From: a virus
IMG/VR virus record: IMGVR_UViG_3300027835_000143
Span: 31,718-95,717 of that record
Length of the DNA stretch: 64,000 nt
Strand: one strand, 5' to 3'
Position numbers and translations under genes: made by a program
Notes under the pieces: generated by a model
What the model saw: the letters and a program-made list of their open reading frames with translations, nothing else
Databases searched by the model: none
What the model was told of the DNA's origin: nothing
In this document: one piece after another, positions 38,177 through 47,153 of the stretch
Numbering within the stretch: the stretch's first letter is position 1
How the letters are laid out: each line of letters opens with the position of its first letter

Positions 38177-40702
38177 ATGCGCCTCGAACGGCTCTCGCTC
38201 GGTGGCTTCAATCATTTCGCCGGCCGGTTCGTGCTGGATCTGACGGACCTGCCGGACGGCCTGATCGCGATCGTCGGTCCGAACGGCGCCGGGAAGACGA
38301 CGGCGCTGGACGCCGCGATCGCGTGCCTCTACGGCCCTGGCGTCGCGAACAAGGCATTCCCGTCGCGTAACGGGACGCTGTTCCAGTACGCGACGAGCCG
38401 GGAGGCGTTCATCGAGACGGAATGGGACCTCGCCGAGCGCGGCCACGTGAAGTGCCGCGTCAACGTCGACGGCGACAGGCGGAAGGCCGAGGCCGTGCTG
38501 CTGGAACCGAATCTCGGCGTCTGCCGGACCCAGTGCGGCGGGATGATCGGGACGTGGCTGCCAGTCAACGTCAGCGGCCAGACGTCGACGTACCGGGACG
38601 CGGTCGCGGAGCGGTTCCCGTCGCTCCGCTCGCTGCTCGCCTCGGCGTACGCGGCGCAGAACCGGCGCGGCGGGTTCGGCGACCTCGGGCAGAAGGAGCG
38701 GCTGGAGCTGTTCGTCGAGCTGGCGGACCTCGCGCACCTGGAGGCGCGGAGCCAGACGGCCCGCCGGTGCCAGCAGGTCGCGGACGGCCTCTCGGCGCGA
38801 ATCCGGGCCGCGGTGGACGCGCTGTCGCGGGACCTCTCGCCGGAGGCGCTCGCCGCCATGGCCGCGCGGCTCTCCGTCCTGCTCGACGAGGAAGCGACGG
38901 TTATCGCAGTCAGGGCAGTCGACGTCCGTCGCGAGGAGGCACTGGAGGCCGGCCTCCCAGACGCCATCGCGGCGGCCGAGCAGCACGTCGTGGCGCGGAC
39001 GCGGGCGGACCAGCTCGCCGAGTCGGTCGGCCGCGCGGAGGCGGAGATCGAAGGGCATGACAGGGCGGCCGCGCGGATCCAGCGCGACCTCGCCGACGCC
39101 GTCGGCGCCGCCACGGACCGGCACACAGGGACGGTCACGGCCGTCGCGAAGCGGAGGAAGAAGGCGGTCGAGGCAGAGGCGCTGCTGACGGCTGACCGGC
39201 GGGAGCGGATCAGGAACAACGAGACGGTCCTCGCTCGCGCTGACGAGTACCGCGCGTCGGCTGCGGCGGTCGCGGACGCGGAGGCCGCCATCACCCAGGC
39301 ACGCGACGCCGAGCGGCTGCATCGGGATGCCGCGGCCGACGCCGACCGCGCGTCGGCCGCCGGGTCGCGGCAGCTCGTCGCGCTCCTCGCGGCGAAGCGG
39401 GAACTGGCGGCCGCGGTCGAGCGGAGCGCGTTGATCGGCCGGGTCAAGTTCGGCGATGACTGCGCGGTGGAGCCCGTGTGCCAGCTCGTCGTCGACGCTG
39501 CGGCGGCGCGGGGCCGTATCCCGGACCTCGAGACGCAGGTCGCCGGCGAGCAGGCGCTCCGCGACCAACTTACCGGCCTCGCGCAGGCGTCCGCCTCCGC
39601 GCAGGCGGAGGTGCGCGCGGCGGAGTCGCGCCGGCAGGAGGCGGAGCAGCGCGCGCTCGGGAATAAGGCCGCGGCGGCGCTGGTGCCGAAGATCGAGCAC
39701 GCGCAGGACCGGATCGACGAGTACCGCCGGGACGAGGTCGAGTCCGCGGCGGCCCACGCGGCGGCCCTCGCCGCGCTCGACGCAGAGGTGACGGCGGCCG
39801 ACGACGCGCGCGCAGCGGAGTCGGCGGCCGCGCGTGAGACGGCAGGGACGCGCACGCGCGAGTCCGACGCCGCCAGGACCGCGCTCGCCGACCGGGTCCT
39901 GCTCCTCAGCGCGCAGGCGGCCACCGCCAGGAGTGAGGCCGACGGGACCGCAGGTGCGAGGGCGGCGCTCGACGCGCTCGCTGCCGCGCTCCGCTCCGCG
40001 CGGGACGAGATCGGGAAGTCAGATACGCGCCGCGCCGCGCTCGGCGCCGAGCGGACGGCACTTGTCGCGCGGCAGCGTGAGGCCGAGGACCGGCAGGCGC
40101 GGGTCGCCGAGCTGTCCCGTCGGCTCCGCGTGGTCGAGGACGAGGGGCTCGGATGGCAGGCGCTCGCGCGCGCCTGCGGGCGGGACGGGCTGCAGCGGCT
40201 GGAAATCGACGCGGCCGGGCCGGTCGTCTCGGACCTCGCGAACGACCTGCTCCGCGTCGGCTACGGGACGCAGTTTTCGGTCGAGATCGTCACGCAGGTC
40301 GCGACGGCCGACGGGAAGGACGTGAAGGAGAAGTTCACGATCCTCGCCGTCGACAACGCGCACGGCGGCGAGCCGCGGGACATCGGCGACCTCTCCGGCG
40401 GGGAGCGGGTCATCGTCGAGGAGGCGATCCGCTGCGCGCTCGCCTGCTACGTGAACCTGCGGAACCGGACGCGGATCGAGACCTTGTGGCGGGACGAGAC
40501 GACCGGGGCGCTCGACGTGGAGCGCGCGCCGCAGTACGTCGCGATGCTGCGCCGGATGCTGACGCTGAGCGGTGCGCGGCAGTGCCTGTTCGTCACGCAC
40601 GTCCCGGCGTGCGCGGCGCTGGCGGACGCGCAGGTCCGCGTCGAGGCAGGGACGGCGACGGTCGCGCTGCCGCCATACAGGAATATAGAGGTGGCGGCAT
40701 GA
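38177..40702 (+). CDS. sbcC: SbcC/Rad50-like SMC ATPase
   Basis: GPNGAGKTT, Q-loop, long coiled coil with central Cys pair, LSGGE, DE..GALD, VTH. Confidence 0.9.
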   Translation: MRLERLSLGGFNHFAGRFVLDLTDLPDGLIAIVGPNGAGKTTALDAAIACLYGPGVANKAFPSRNGTLFQYATSREAFIETEWDLAERGHVKCRVNVDGDRRKAEAVLLEPNLGVCRTQCGGMIGTWLPVNVSGQTSTYRDAVAERFPSLRSLLASAYAAQNRRGGFGDLGQKERLELFVELADLAHLEARSQTARRCQQVADGLSARIRAAVDALSRDLSPEALAAMAARLSVLLDEEATVIAVRAVDVRREEALEAGLPDAIAAAEQHVVARTRADQLAESVGRAEAEIEGHDRAAARIQRDLADAVGAATDRHTGTVTAVAKRRKKAVEAEALLTADRRERIRNNETVLARADEYRASAAAVADAEAAITQARDAERLHRDAAADADRASAAGSRQLVALLAAKRELAAAVERSALIGRVKFGDDCAVEPVCQLVVDAAAARGRIPDLETQVAGEQALRDQLTGLAQASASAQAEVRAAESRRQEAEQRALGNKAAAALVPKIEHAQDRIDEYRRDEVESAAAHAAALAALDAEVTAADDARAAESAAARETAGTRTRESDAARTALADRVLLLSAQAATARSEADGTAGARAALDALAAALRSARDEIGKSDTRRAALGAERTALVARQREAEDRQARVAELSRRLRVVEDEGLGWQALARACGRDGLQRLEIDAAGPVVSDLANDLLRVGYGTQFSVEIVTQVATADGKDVKEKFTILAVDNAHGGEPRDIGDLSGGERVIVEEAIRCALACYVNLRNRTRIETLWRDETTGALDVERAPQYVAMLRRMLTLSGARQCLFVTHVPACAALADAQVRVEAGTATVALPPYRNIEVAA

Positions 40703-41019
40703 GGTCACGGGTCAAGGCCGCGCGCGAGTTGGCGCGCCAGCTGGCTAAGGGCGGCCATCAGTCATGGGCTGATATCGGGCAGGCGATCGCGGACCTGCTC
40801 ACTGGCGAGGCGACGTCGGAGGTCGTGGCGACGGTCGCGGCCGACCTGCGCACGGCGTGGCGGGAGAGCGGCGCGTGCGCGACGTATAGCCGGCGCGCGA
40901 CCTTTAACGACAAGGCCGACGACTCAACGGCCTGCAACGGCTGCGGGATCGCCGAGGTGCCGCACCGGTTGCTCCAGTTCGCCGAGCGGCTGGAGCGGAA
41001 CGCGAAGGGGACGTCGTGA
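40699..41019 (+). CDS. Hypothetical protein
   Basis: ATGA overlap; C..CNGC..H. Confidence 0.5.
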   Translation: MRSRVKAARELARQLAKGGHQSWADIGQAIADLLTGEATSEVVATVAADLRTAWRESGACATYSRRATFNDKADDSTACNGCGIAEVPHRLLQFAERLERNAKGTS

Positions 41020-41303
41020 AGGTCCGCCTCACGCTCGACGTCGGCGCGCACGAGCGGTACGTCGTGGCGAAGTACTTCGCGCCGGCCGCGAAGGACGGGA
41101 CCGCCGACCGCCGCCGGCTCCGCGCGTCGCGGGCGCAGGTGCGGCGGTTCGTCGCGGCGGCGCTGCGGAGCGCGGTGCGCGACCACGTGGAGCGCTTGCG
41201 CGGCAAGAGCCGCGGGACGGCGCACCGGCTCGAAGCCGGAGCTGGAGGCGACGGCGAGACGCTCACGCTGCCGCCGTCTCCGCAGCGGAGCCTGGAGTGG
41301 TAG
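41016..41303 (+). CDS. Hypothetical protein
   Basis: GTGA overlap. Confidence 0.5.
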   Translation: MKVRLTLDVGAHERYVVAKYFAPAAKDGTADRRRLRASRAQVRRFVAAALRSAVRDHVERLRGKSRGTAHRLEAGAGGDGETLTLPPSPQRSLEW

Positions 41304-41438
41304 CGGCGCGCTCGCGCATACTGGCGCGGCCGGACCTGCTGCAGCGATGCGTCTGCGGGAATACGTTGCGCGTCGCCGGGTCGTGGACTTGCTGGTCCTG
41401 CGGGACGTGCCACCGGATCTTGGAGCGGGAGGGGACGA

Positions 41439-41873
41439 GTGACGGACGAACTGACGCTGGAGCCGCCAGGCGGCAAGCGGAAGCGCAAGGTGCCGACGCC
41501 GCAGGAGAAGCTCGACTCTGGGTCGCCGACCGTGAGGCTTGAAGGCGCGTTCCAGCTCGCGTACGAGAAGCAATGGGGATTCCCCTACTTCCAGACGTCG
41601 CCGGCAGAAGACCGGAAGCACCTCGCGCAGATGCACGCACAGCTCGGCGAGGAGACGGCGTGCGGCCTCATCGCGGAATTCTTCGCGGCCGTGCGCCCTG
41701 TCGCGCAGGGCGGTGATCCGGTCGTCAGCAGGTGCCGCCACAGCAACGTCCGGGACTTCGCGTTCCACGCCCAGTACCTGCTGCTGCGGCGGAAGCGCGG
41801 CGCGGCCCTCGCAGACCGCACCGCTGACAACGTCAGCGAGATCATGAAGGCGACGGGGAGGACGAGACGATGA
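41439..41873 (+). CDS. Hypothetical protein (replication-initiator C-terminal-like)
   Basis: GGAGGG RBS; helical, located in replication region. Confidence 0.45.
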   Translation: MTDELTLEPPGGKRKRKVPTPQEKLDSGSPTVRLEGAFQLAYEKQWGFPYFQTSPAEDRKHLAQMHAQLGEETACGLIAEFFAAVRPVAQGGDPVVSRCRHSNVRDFAFHAQYLLLRRKRGAALADRTADNVSEIMKATGRTRR

Positions 41874-42136
41874 TCGCACGGTTCCTGGCCCGGCTGGTCC
41901 ATCGCATGTACGTGCGCGACATGGACGCGGCGCTCGCCGAGACGGACCGGCGCCTGCGGGCGACTGGCCGCGTCGACGTCTCGCCGTTGCTGGACGTGCT
42001 GCGGATATGGAGACGCTACCTCGCTCCGCTTGGGGAGGATCACCAGGCCGTCCGTGAACTGGAGGCGCTCTACGCCCGGGGGCTGTCGGTGCAGAGCCGC
42101 GCGCGCGCGCAGTGGACGGAGGCGCAGGACGCCTGA
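41870..42136 (+). CDS. Hypothetical protein
   Basis: ATGA overlap. Confidence 0.45.
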   Translation: MIARFLARLVHRMYVRDMDAALAETDRRLRATGRVDVSPLLDVLRIWRRYLAPLGEDHQAVRELEALYARGLSVQSRARAQWTEAQDA

Positions 42137-42464
42137 CGGCATCGCGCGTGAGGTGCTCGGCCCGGACCTCGACCCGGAGGCGCGGAAGGCGCTCGTCGTC
42201 CGCCTCGCGTGCGCCGTCGGGACGGCGCTCGACGCGGCGACGGAGGATGAGATCGCGGCAGCCGCCGGGACGCAGCGGATCGAGGCCGGGCTCGTCGCCT
42301 CCGCGCTGCGCGCGGCGCTGGAATCATTCATCCGGACGTGCGTACCGAGCCATGCGCAGCGTGCGCGGTACTGGCAGCAGATCGCGCTGGAGTCCGTCGA
42401 GGCGCGCGACGAGGAGGGCCGGCTGGCGCAGATCGAAGCGTCGCTGGGTCAGAGGAGGAACTGA
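42030..42464 (+). CDS. Hypothetical protein (true start probably near 42130-42155)
   Basis: Coding-like C-terminal part, TGATG-coupled to next gene. Confidence 0.4.
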   Translation: MGRITRPSVNWRRSTPGGCRCRAARARSGRRRRTPDGIAREVLGPDLDPEARKALVVRLACAVGTALDAATEDEIAAAAGTQRIEAGLVASALRAALESFIRTCVPSHAQRARYWQQIALESVEARDEEGRLAQIEASLGQRRN

Positions 42465-42667
42465 TGGAGCCGCGGAAGGACCAGGACGCGTTCCGCGAGG
42501 CCGCGCGGCGCAAGCTCGCCGCCGTCGCCGGCGCGTCCGTCGAGCTGTACGCCGACGTCCACTACATGGCGGACGGCGGCGCGTTCGTCGAGGCGCAGCT
42601 CTGGATCGCCGAGGCGGACGTGCCGGCGGCGCCTGAGCCTGTAACGGAGCCGAGCCGCGATGCCTGA
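42464..42667 (+). CDS. Hypothetical protein
   Basis: GAGGAGG RBS; GAFVEAQLWI. Confidence 0.5.
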   Translation: MEPRKDQDAFREAARRKLAAVAGASVELYADVHYMADGGAFVEAQLWIAEADVPAAPEPVTEPSRDA

Positions 42668-42851
42668 CGATGCCTTTACGATGCTCGAACGGATCGAGGA
42701 GCTGCTGCTGACCGGGCACTATGAATGGGCGCGCCGGACGCTTGAGGGAATCGCTCAGACGATTGACGCGACCGACACGGTGACCATCCGGCAGCAGGAG
42801 GCGGTCGAGCATATCATTGTCGGACGGCTGAAGCACGACGTGAGGGACTGA
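42660..42851 (+). CDS. Hypothetical protein
   Basis: Y.WA..TL.GI...I.....T..Q..AV. Confidence 0.5.
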   Translation: MPDDAFTMLERIEELLLTGHYEWARRTLEGIAQTIDATDTVTIRQQEAVEHIIVGRLKHDVRD

Positions 42852-42854
42852 CCG

Positions 42855-43075
42855 ATGACGGAGCGCGAGCAGTTCGAGGCGATACTAACGCGGGCTGGCG
42901 TGACGTGTCATATGGAGCAGGTTGATAGCCGAGACAGGCTGCAGCCGCCGTGCGGCGGCGTCGAGGTCGTGATTAACGCGAAGGACAGCGAGCGGAACCT
43001 CTGGTATCCCGGGTTCCAGGTCATTTTCCATTCGACATCTCTGGCGCCCTGCGTGCGGTAGGCGTATGGGAATGA
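42855..43075 (+). pseudogene. Frameshifted paralogue of gene 52825-53043
   Basis: MTEREQFEAILTRAGV...; -1 frame from 43031 gives FDISGALRAVGVWE*, matching the paralogue end. Confidence 0.7.
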
Positions 43076-43752
43076 GCGTGGACGTCGTCGTCATCAACTT
43101 CGTGCAGTACAGACTCGCCGGGTCGGCGCTGAAGGCCGACGGGGACGTCGCTGACTGGTTCGGTGCGCTGCTGTTCGAGCTGGCGGAGCGGCACGGCATC
43201 AAGCTCGCAGAGGCGCGCGTCAGGATCTACGCGGCCGACCTCGCGGAGTTCGAGCCGGCGCAGGTCGTCGCCGCCGCGCGGCGCGCGAGCCGGGAAGGCT
43301 CCGGGTTCTTCCCGCACAGTGCGGAGATACGGAAGGCGCTCGTCGGTTCGGCCGACGACGCCGCGCTGCTCGCCTGGAACGGGCTGGAGCGCGCGGCGGA
43401 GCAGGTCGGCTCCTACCGGTCGCTGGAGATCGAGGACCCGGTGACGGCGGCCGCGCTGCTGGCGACGTTCGGGGCGTGGTCGGCGTTCTGCGCCACGCCG
43501 GCCGGGCCGGCGCTGCTGGTCAAGCGGCAGGAGTTCCTCGCAGCCTACCGCCGGGCGCAGCGTGAGCGGCCGAGCGGCGCGCAGCCGGTGCGCTGCGCCG
43601 GGCTGTTGGAGGTCGGCCTCGCCAGGCTGACGGCCGGCGGGGAGATTGTGCACAGGCGAGAGCGTCCGGCATCGCTGTCAGCGGGCGCTGAGGTTAATCG
43701 CTTAACGGCTGGCGGCGGAGGTGACACGGATGGCGAAGACGAAGCGCAGTAG
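43072..43752 (+). CDS. DUF6475-like replication-associated protein
   Basis: FFP..AEI, AW......VGSY.S...EDP......GAW..FC......F...Y. Confidence 0.6.
   Translation: MSVDVVVINFVQYRLAGSALKADGDVADWFGALLFELAERHGIKLAEARVRIYAADLAEFEPAQVVAAARRASREGSGFFPHSAEIRKALVGSADDAALLAWNGLERAAEQVGSYRSLEIEDPVTAAALLATFGAWSAFCATPAGPALLVKRQEFLAAYRRAQRERPSGAQPVRCAGLLEVGLARLTAGGEIVHRRERPASLSAGAEVNRLTAGGGGDTDGEDEAQ
43693..43706. promoter_or_regulatory. Operator-like palindrome GTTAA-TCGC-TTAAC
   Basis: Perfect arms, upstream of GGAGG RBS of gene at 43730. Confidence 0.6.
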
Positions 43753-44032
43753 GCAGGCGGACCTCCCGGAGATGACCGAGCGGAAGATCAAGGACATCGA
43801 GGAGGCGGCGGATGACTACATCGAGCAGCGCGACGCGCGGATGTCGCTCACGAAGAAGGAGGTCGCGGCGAAGGGCGAGCTGAAGAAGGTGATGATGCGG
43901 CACAAGAAGGACCGGTACGAGTCCGAGGACATCGTGATCGAGATCGAGCCGCCGGACGGCGAGAGCACGATTACGGTCCGACGGAAGAAGAAGAAGCCGG
44001 TCGTGAAGGTCAATGCCGAGAAGGACGAGTAG
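43730..44032 (+). CDS. Small charged hypothetical protein
   Basis: GGAGGT RBS; Lys/Glu-rich. Confidence 0.6.
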   Translation: MAKTKRSRQADLPEMTERKIKDIEEAADDYIEQRDARMSLTKKEVAAKGELKKVMMRHKKDRYESEDIVIEIEPPDGESTITVRRKKKKPVVKVNAEKDE

Positions 44033-44115
44033 GAAGCCGGTGCGCAGGGCGGCCGCGGCGGCCGATCTCGCTGACGCCATCGACGCGCTACTCGGAGGAC
44101 GTCGTGGCGATTGAC

Positions 44116-44514
44116 ATGTCCCGCTCTCCGATCCCGAAAGGGGAGCCGCGGAAGCGGACGAAGGCCAGGCGGCAGCGCGCCGAAAAGACAAGGAAGGTCT
44201 GGGTGCGCGCGCGAGTGATGGCGCGCGACCACGACCGCTGCCGTCTCTCCTGGTACGCGGAAACACAGGCGCTATTCGGGGCCTGCAGCGGGGAGCTGCA
44301 ATGGGCGCACTGGGGGCCATACCGCCGGAGCAAGACGCGCGGGCAGGCGCCGGAGCGGCGGCACTGCCAGCAAGGTGGCCTGGCGCTGTGCGACGGCCAT
44401 CACGACGACTACGACGAGGGACGGCTGACGATCGACGCGCTGACGGAGCAGGAGTGCGACGGGCGCCTGCGGTTCGAGCGCGACGGGCAGGTCTGGGAGG
44501 AGCCGGCGGCATGA
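44116..44514 (+). CDS. HNH-type nuclease (NinG-like)
   Basis: ARD..RC....C.G.LQ.AH....LALC..HH..YD. Confidence 0.6.
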   Translation: MSRSPIPKGEPRKRTKARRQRAEKTRKVWVRARVMARDHDRCRLSWYAETQALFGACSGELQWAHWGPYRRSKTRGQAPERRHCQQGGLALCDGHHDDYDEGRLTIDALTEQECDGRLRFERDGQVWEEPAA

Positions 44515-45065
44515 GCGAGCACGACTGGTACACGACGGCGTCCGGGATCGCGTTCCTGCCGCTCGCGCCACGCATGGAGGACATCCGCATCGAGGACATC
44601 GCGCACGCGCTCGCGGCGACGAACAGGTTCAACGGCCACGCGCGCGTTCCGTATTCCGTCGCCCAGCACTCGGTGCTCGTCAGCCGCGCCCTCCGCGACG
44701 GCGGCGGCACGCGCCAGGACCAGCTCCACGGCCTGCTCCACGACGCCGCCGAGGCGTACCTCTGCGACGTCCCGCGTCCGCTGAAGCGACGGCCGGAGAT
44801 GGCGGCGTACCGGGAGGCCGAGGCGCGGCTGCAGGCGATGATCTACGCGCGGTTCGGACTGCCGCCGGAGGAGCCGGCGTCGCTGAAGCTTGTCGACCGG
44901 CGGATGCTGCGGACGGAGCAGCGGGACCTGATGCCGCCATCACCGCTGCCGGACGCCAGACCGGAGGAGCCGTACGCCGCGACGGTGGTCCCGTGGACGT
45001 TCGAGGCCGCGCGCATGCTGTTCCACGTAATGTACTCGATTATTCACGAGGATCTGTCCGAATGA
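44511..45065 (+). CDS. HD-domain phosphohydrolase (YfbR-like 5'-deoxynucleotidase)
   Basis: IEDIAHALA..NRFNGH, YSVAQHS, LLHDAAEAY..D.P.P.K. Confidence 0.88.
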   Translation: MSEHDWYTTASGIAFLPLAPRMEDIRIEDIAHALAATNRFNGHARVPYSVAQHSVLVSRALRDGGGTRQDQLHGLLHDAAEAYLCDVPRPLKRRPEMAAYREAEARLQAMIYARFGLPPEEPASLKLVDRRMLRTEQRDLMPPSPLPDARPEEPYAATVVPWTFEAARMLFHVMYSIIHEDLSE

Positions 45066-45688
45066 GTCTCTTCGGACCGACCGTCGCCGTACCACCGCAA
45101 GCCGGACGCTATCATGTCTTGTATCAAGATCCGCCGTGGCCGGAACGCGGCGGTGGTCAGATCAAACGCGGCGCCGACAAGCACTACGACCTGATGGACG
45201 TCGACGCGATCGTCGATCTCTTCCGGACGTTCGGCGAATGGTCCGCGCCGGACGCGCATCTCTACTGCTGGGTCACGAACAACTACCTACAGGCCGGTCT
45301 CGACTGCCTTAAGGCGGCAGGCTTCCGCTACGTCACTATCTGTACGTGGGTGAAAGATAGGCCAGGACTCGGTCAGTATTTCCGTGGCAAGACTGAGCAC
45401 GTACTTTTCGCAGTTCGCGGTTCGCTGCCGTATCGCGTGAAGGCCGACGGGAAACGCGCGCAGGGTGAGACCGTGTTCTACGCGCCGGAGCCGACCGATC
45501 TCGATCTGCTCCTTCCGGCCGACCTACCTGACGCGTTCGAAGCGCCGAGACGCGAGCATTCGAAGAAGCCGGAAGAGATGCGGCGGATCATCGAGTGCGT
45601 GAGCGCCGGTCCATACCTCGAACAGTTCGCTCGGCGTACCGCGCCTGGGTGGGACGTATGGGGCGCAGAAGCTCCGAAGGAACAGTGA
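45062..45688 (+). CDS. MT-A70 family DNA adenine methyltransferase
   Basis: DPPW, HY..M, LY.WVTN, W.K...GLG.YFRG.TEH, HSKKPE, LE.FAR...GWD.WG. Confidence 0.9.
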   Translation: MSLFGPTVAVPPQAGRYHVLYQDPPWPERGGGQIKRGADKHYDLMDVDAIVDLFRTFGEWSAPDAHLYCWVTNNYLQAGLDCLKAAGFRYVTICTWVKDRPGLGQYFRGKTEHVLFAVRGSLPYRVKADGKRAQGETVFYAPEPTDLDLLLPADLPDAFEAPRREHSKKPEEMRRIIECVSAGPYLEQFARRTAPGWDVWGAEAPKEQ

Positions 45689-45749
45689 TAGATGTCCTGC
45701 GTTCGACGAACCATAGAGTCCGCTTACTCTCTATCTTCGAAAGGATCGC

Positions 45750-46331
45750 GTGACGAAGAACTTCGCAGTCGTGCAGGAGACGATCGTATCCGTCGGCATC
45801 AGCGAGTACTTCGAGGTGACGCCGAAGGGGCTGGTCGTGACCGGCAATCCGTCGTTCGACGCGTGCGAGGCACTATGGGAGACGCTACGGACGTTCGAGC
45901 GGTGCATTCAGATGTCGCTCGGCGACGCGGCGAAGTACTTCCGGAAGCGGTTCGGCGACCGGGCCGACCAGATCCTCAGCGCCGCGACCGGCTGGTCGGA
46001 CGAGACTCAGCGCGGCTACGAGTGGGTGGCGGAGAAGGTGCCGGAGGCAGTCCGGCGGCTCGACGTCCTGACGTTCAGCCACCATCAGAAGGTCGCCGCG
46101 CTGCCGCCCCCGCAGCAGAAGAAGTGGCTCGACAAGGCCGCGGAGGGCGAGGACGGGAGGCCATGGTCCGTCGCGCGGCTGGATAAGGCGATCAAGGCCG
46201 GCGCCGACCAGGCGATCAGCGAGTGGGGCTTTTCGGCCTCGTTCGCCGACGTGCGGAAGCGGGACGACGCGATGAGCAGGCTCGAGGGGCAGGGCGCACG
46301 CTGCCGCGCGTGGGAGAAGCGCGGGCCGTGA
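45750..46331 (+). CDS. LmbU-like HTH DNA-binding protein
   Basis: LGD..Y...FG, T...Y.WVA..V....R...LTFSHH..VA. Confidence 0.55.
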   Translation: MTKNFAVVQETIVSVGISEYFEVTPKGLVVTGNPSFDACEALWETLRTFERCIQMSLGDAAKYFRKRFGDRADQILSAATGWSDETQRGYEWVAEKVPEAVRRLDVLTFSHHQKVAALPPPQQKKWLDKAAEGEDGRPWSVARLDKAIKAGADQAISEWGFSASFADVRKRDDAMSRLEGQGARCRAWEKRGP

Positions 46332-46900
46332 GCCGGATCGCGCAGGAGATGCAGCGGCAGGCGGACGAGATGCGCCTGACGAGGAAGAGGTCGGCGGCGT
46401 CCTCTCGCGGGCAGGAGTATGACAGGGCAGGCGCCGCGGCGCGCGTGGCAGTGAAGCGGCAAGCAAGGAGGACAGATGTGCCATTCGGGGACGAGACAAT
46501 AGGCAAGGGACCGGACACGGGCAGCCCGCCCGTGACGGACGTGACGGAGCAACTGCTGCCGGATCCACCGGCGGCACAGACGGTGGAAGCCGGAGGGGAC
46601 GACGACATGGCGAAGAAGAAGGCAACAGGCAAAGTTAAGCGCGCGCGCAAAGTTACGAAGGCTGCGCCGAAGCCGAGAACGCCGCGCGCCCAAGGGGTCA
46701 TGATGACGAAGGAGACGCCGCTCGATCCGTTGGCAGGCGTGCGCAAGAACCCGAAGAACAAGGTGCTGTTCATCAACAGGGATGCGGCGCTCGCACTAGT
46801 CCACCGACTGCTCAAGGACGCCGTCGGCGGCGGAAAGCTGACGGACGCGGAGCGGTTCGAGGCAGACAGGCTGCTCGCGCGCATCGACGCGCGGGCCTGA
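46328..46900 (+). CDS. Basic hypothetical protein (alternative start 46607)
   Basis: GTGA overlap; internal RBS before MAKKK. Confidence 0.45.
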   Translation: MSRIAQEMQRQADEMRLTRKRSAASSRGQEYDRAGAAARVAVKRQARRTDVPFGDETIGKGPDTGSPPVTDVTEQLLPDPPAAQTVEAGGDDDMAKKKATGKVKRARKVTKAAPKPRTPRAQGVMMTKETPLDPLAGVRKNPKNKVLFINRDAALALVHRLLKDAVGGGKLTDAERFEADRLLARIDARA

Positions 46901-46913
46901 AAAGGATACGCCC

Positions 46914-47153
46914 ATGGTGATAGACGACGCGCGGAAGCCGGCGCAGCCGGTGGATGGCCTGCTCGAGGACATGTTCGATCTAGAAACGGTCGAGCGGATG
47001 AAGGAGGCGCAGGCGTCGGACGCGTTCCAGCGCGTCGACTTGGATACGACCAATCCGGAGTATCGCTGTCCGCACTGCGGCTACGAGTGGCGCGGCAACC
47101 CACTGCCGCCGACCGGCGCGGAGATCAATGAGGACGGCGATGGCGAAGCGTAG
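46914..47153 (+). CDS. Small acidic Zn-ribbon protein typical of phage methylase loci
   Basis: YRCPHCGYEW. Confidence 0.6.
   Translation: MVIDDARKPAQPVDGLLEDMFDLETVERMKEAQASDAFQRVDLDTTNPEYRCPHCGYEWRGNPLPPTGAEINEDGDGEA

Noticed and set aside
12721-43706. Operator as a CtrA or LexA box
   Set aside because: CtrA uses TTAA-N7-TTAA and the LexA boxes I know have different half-sites
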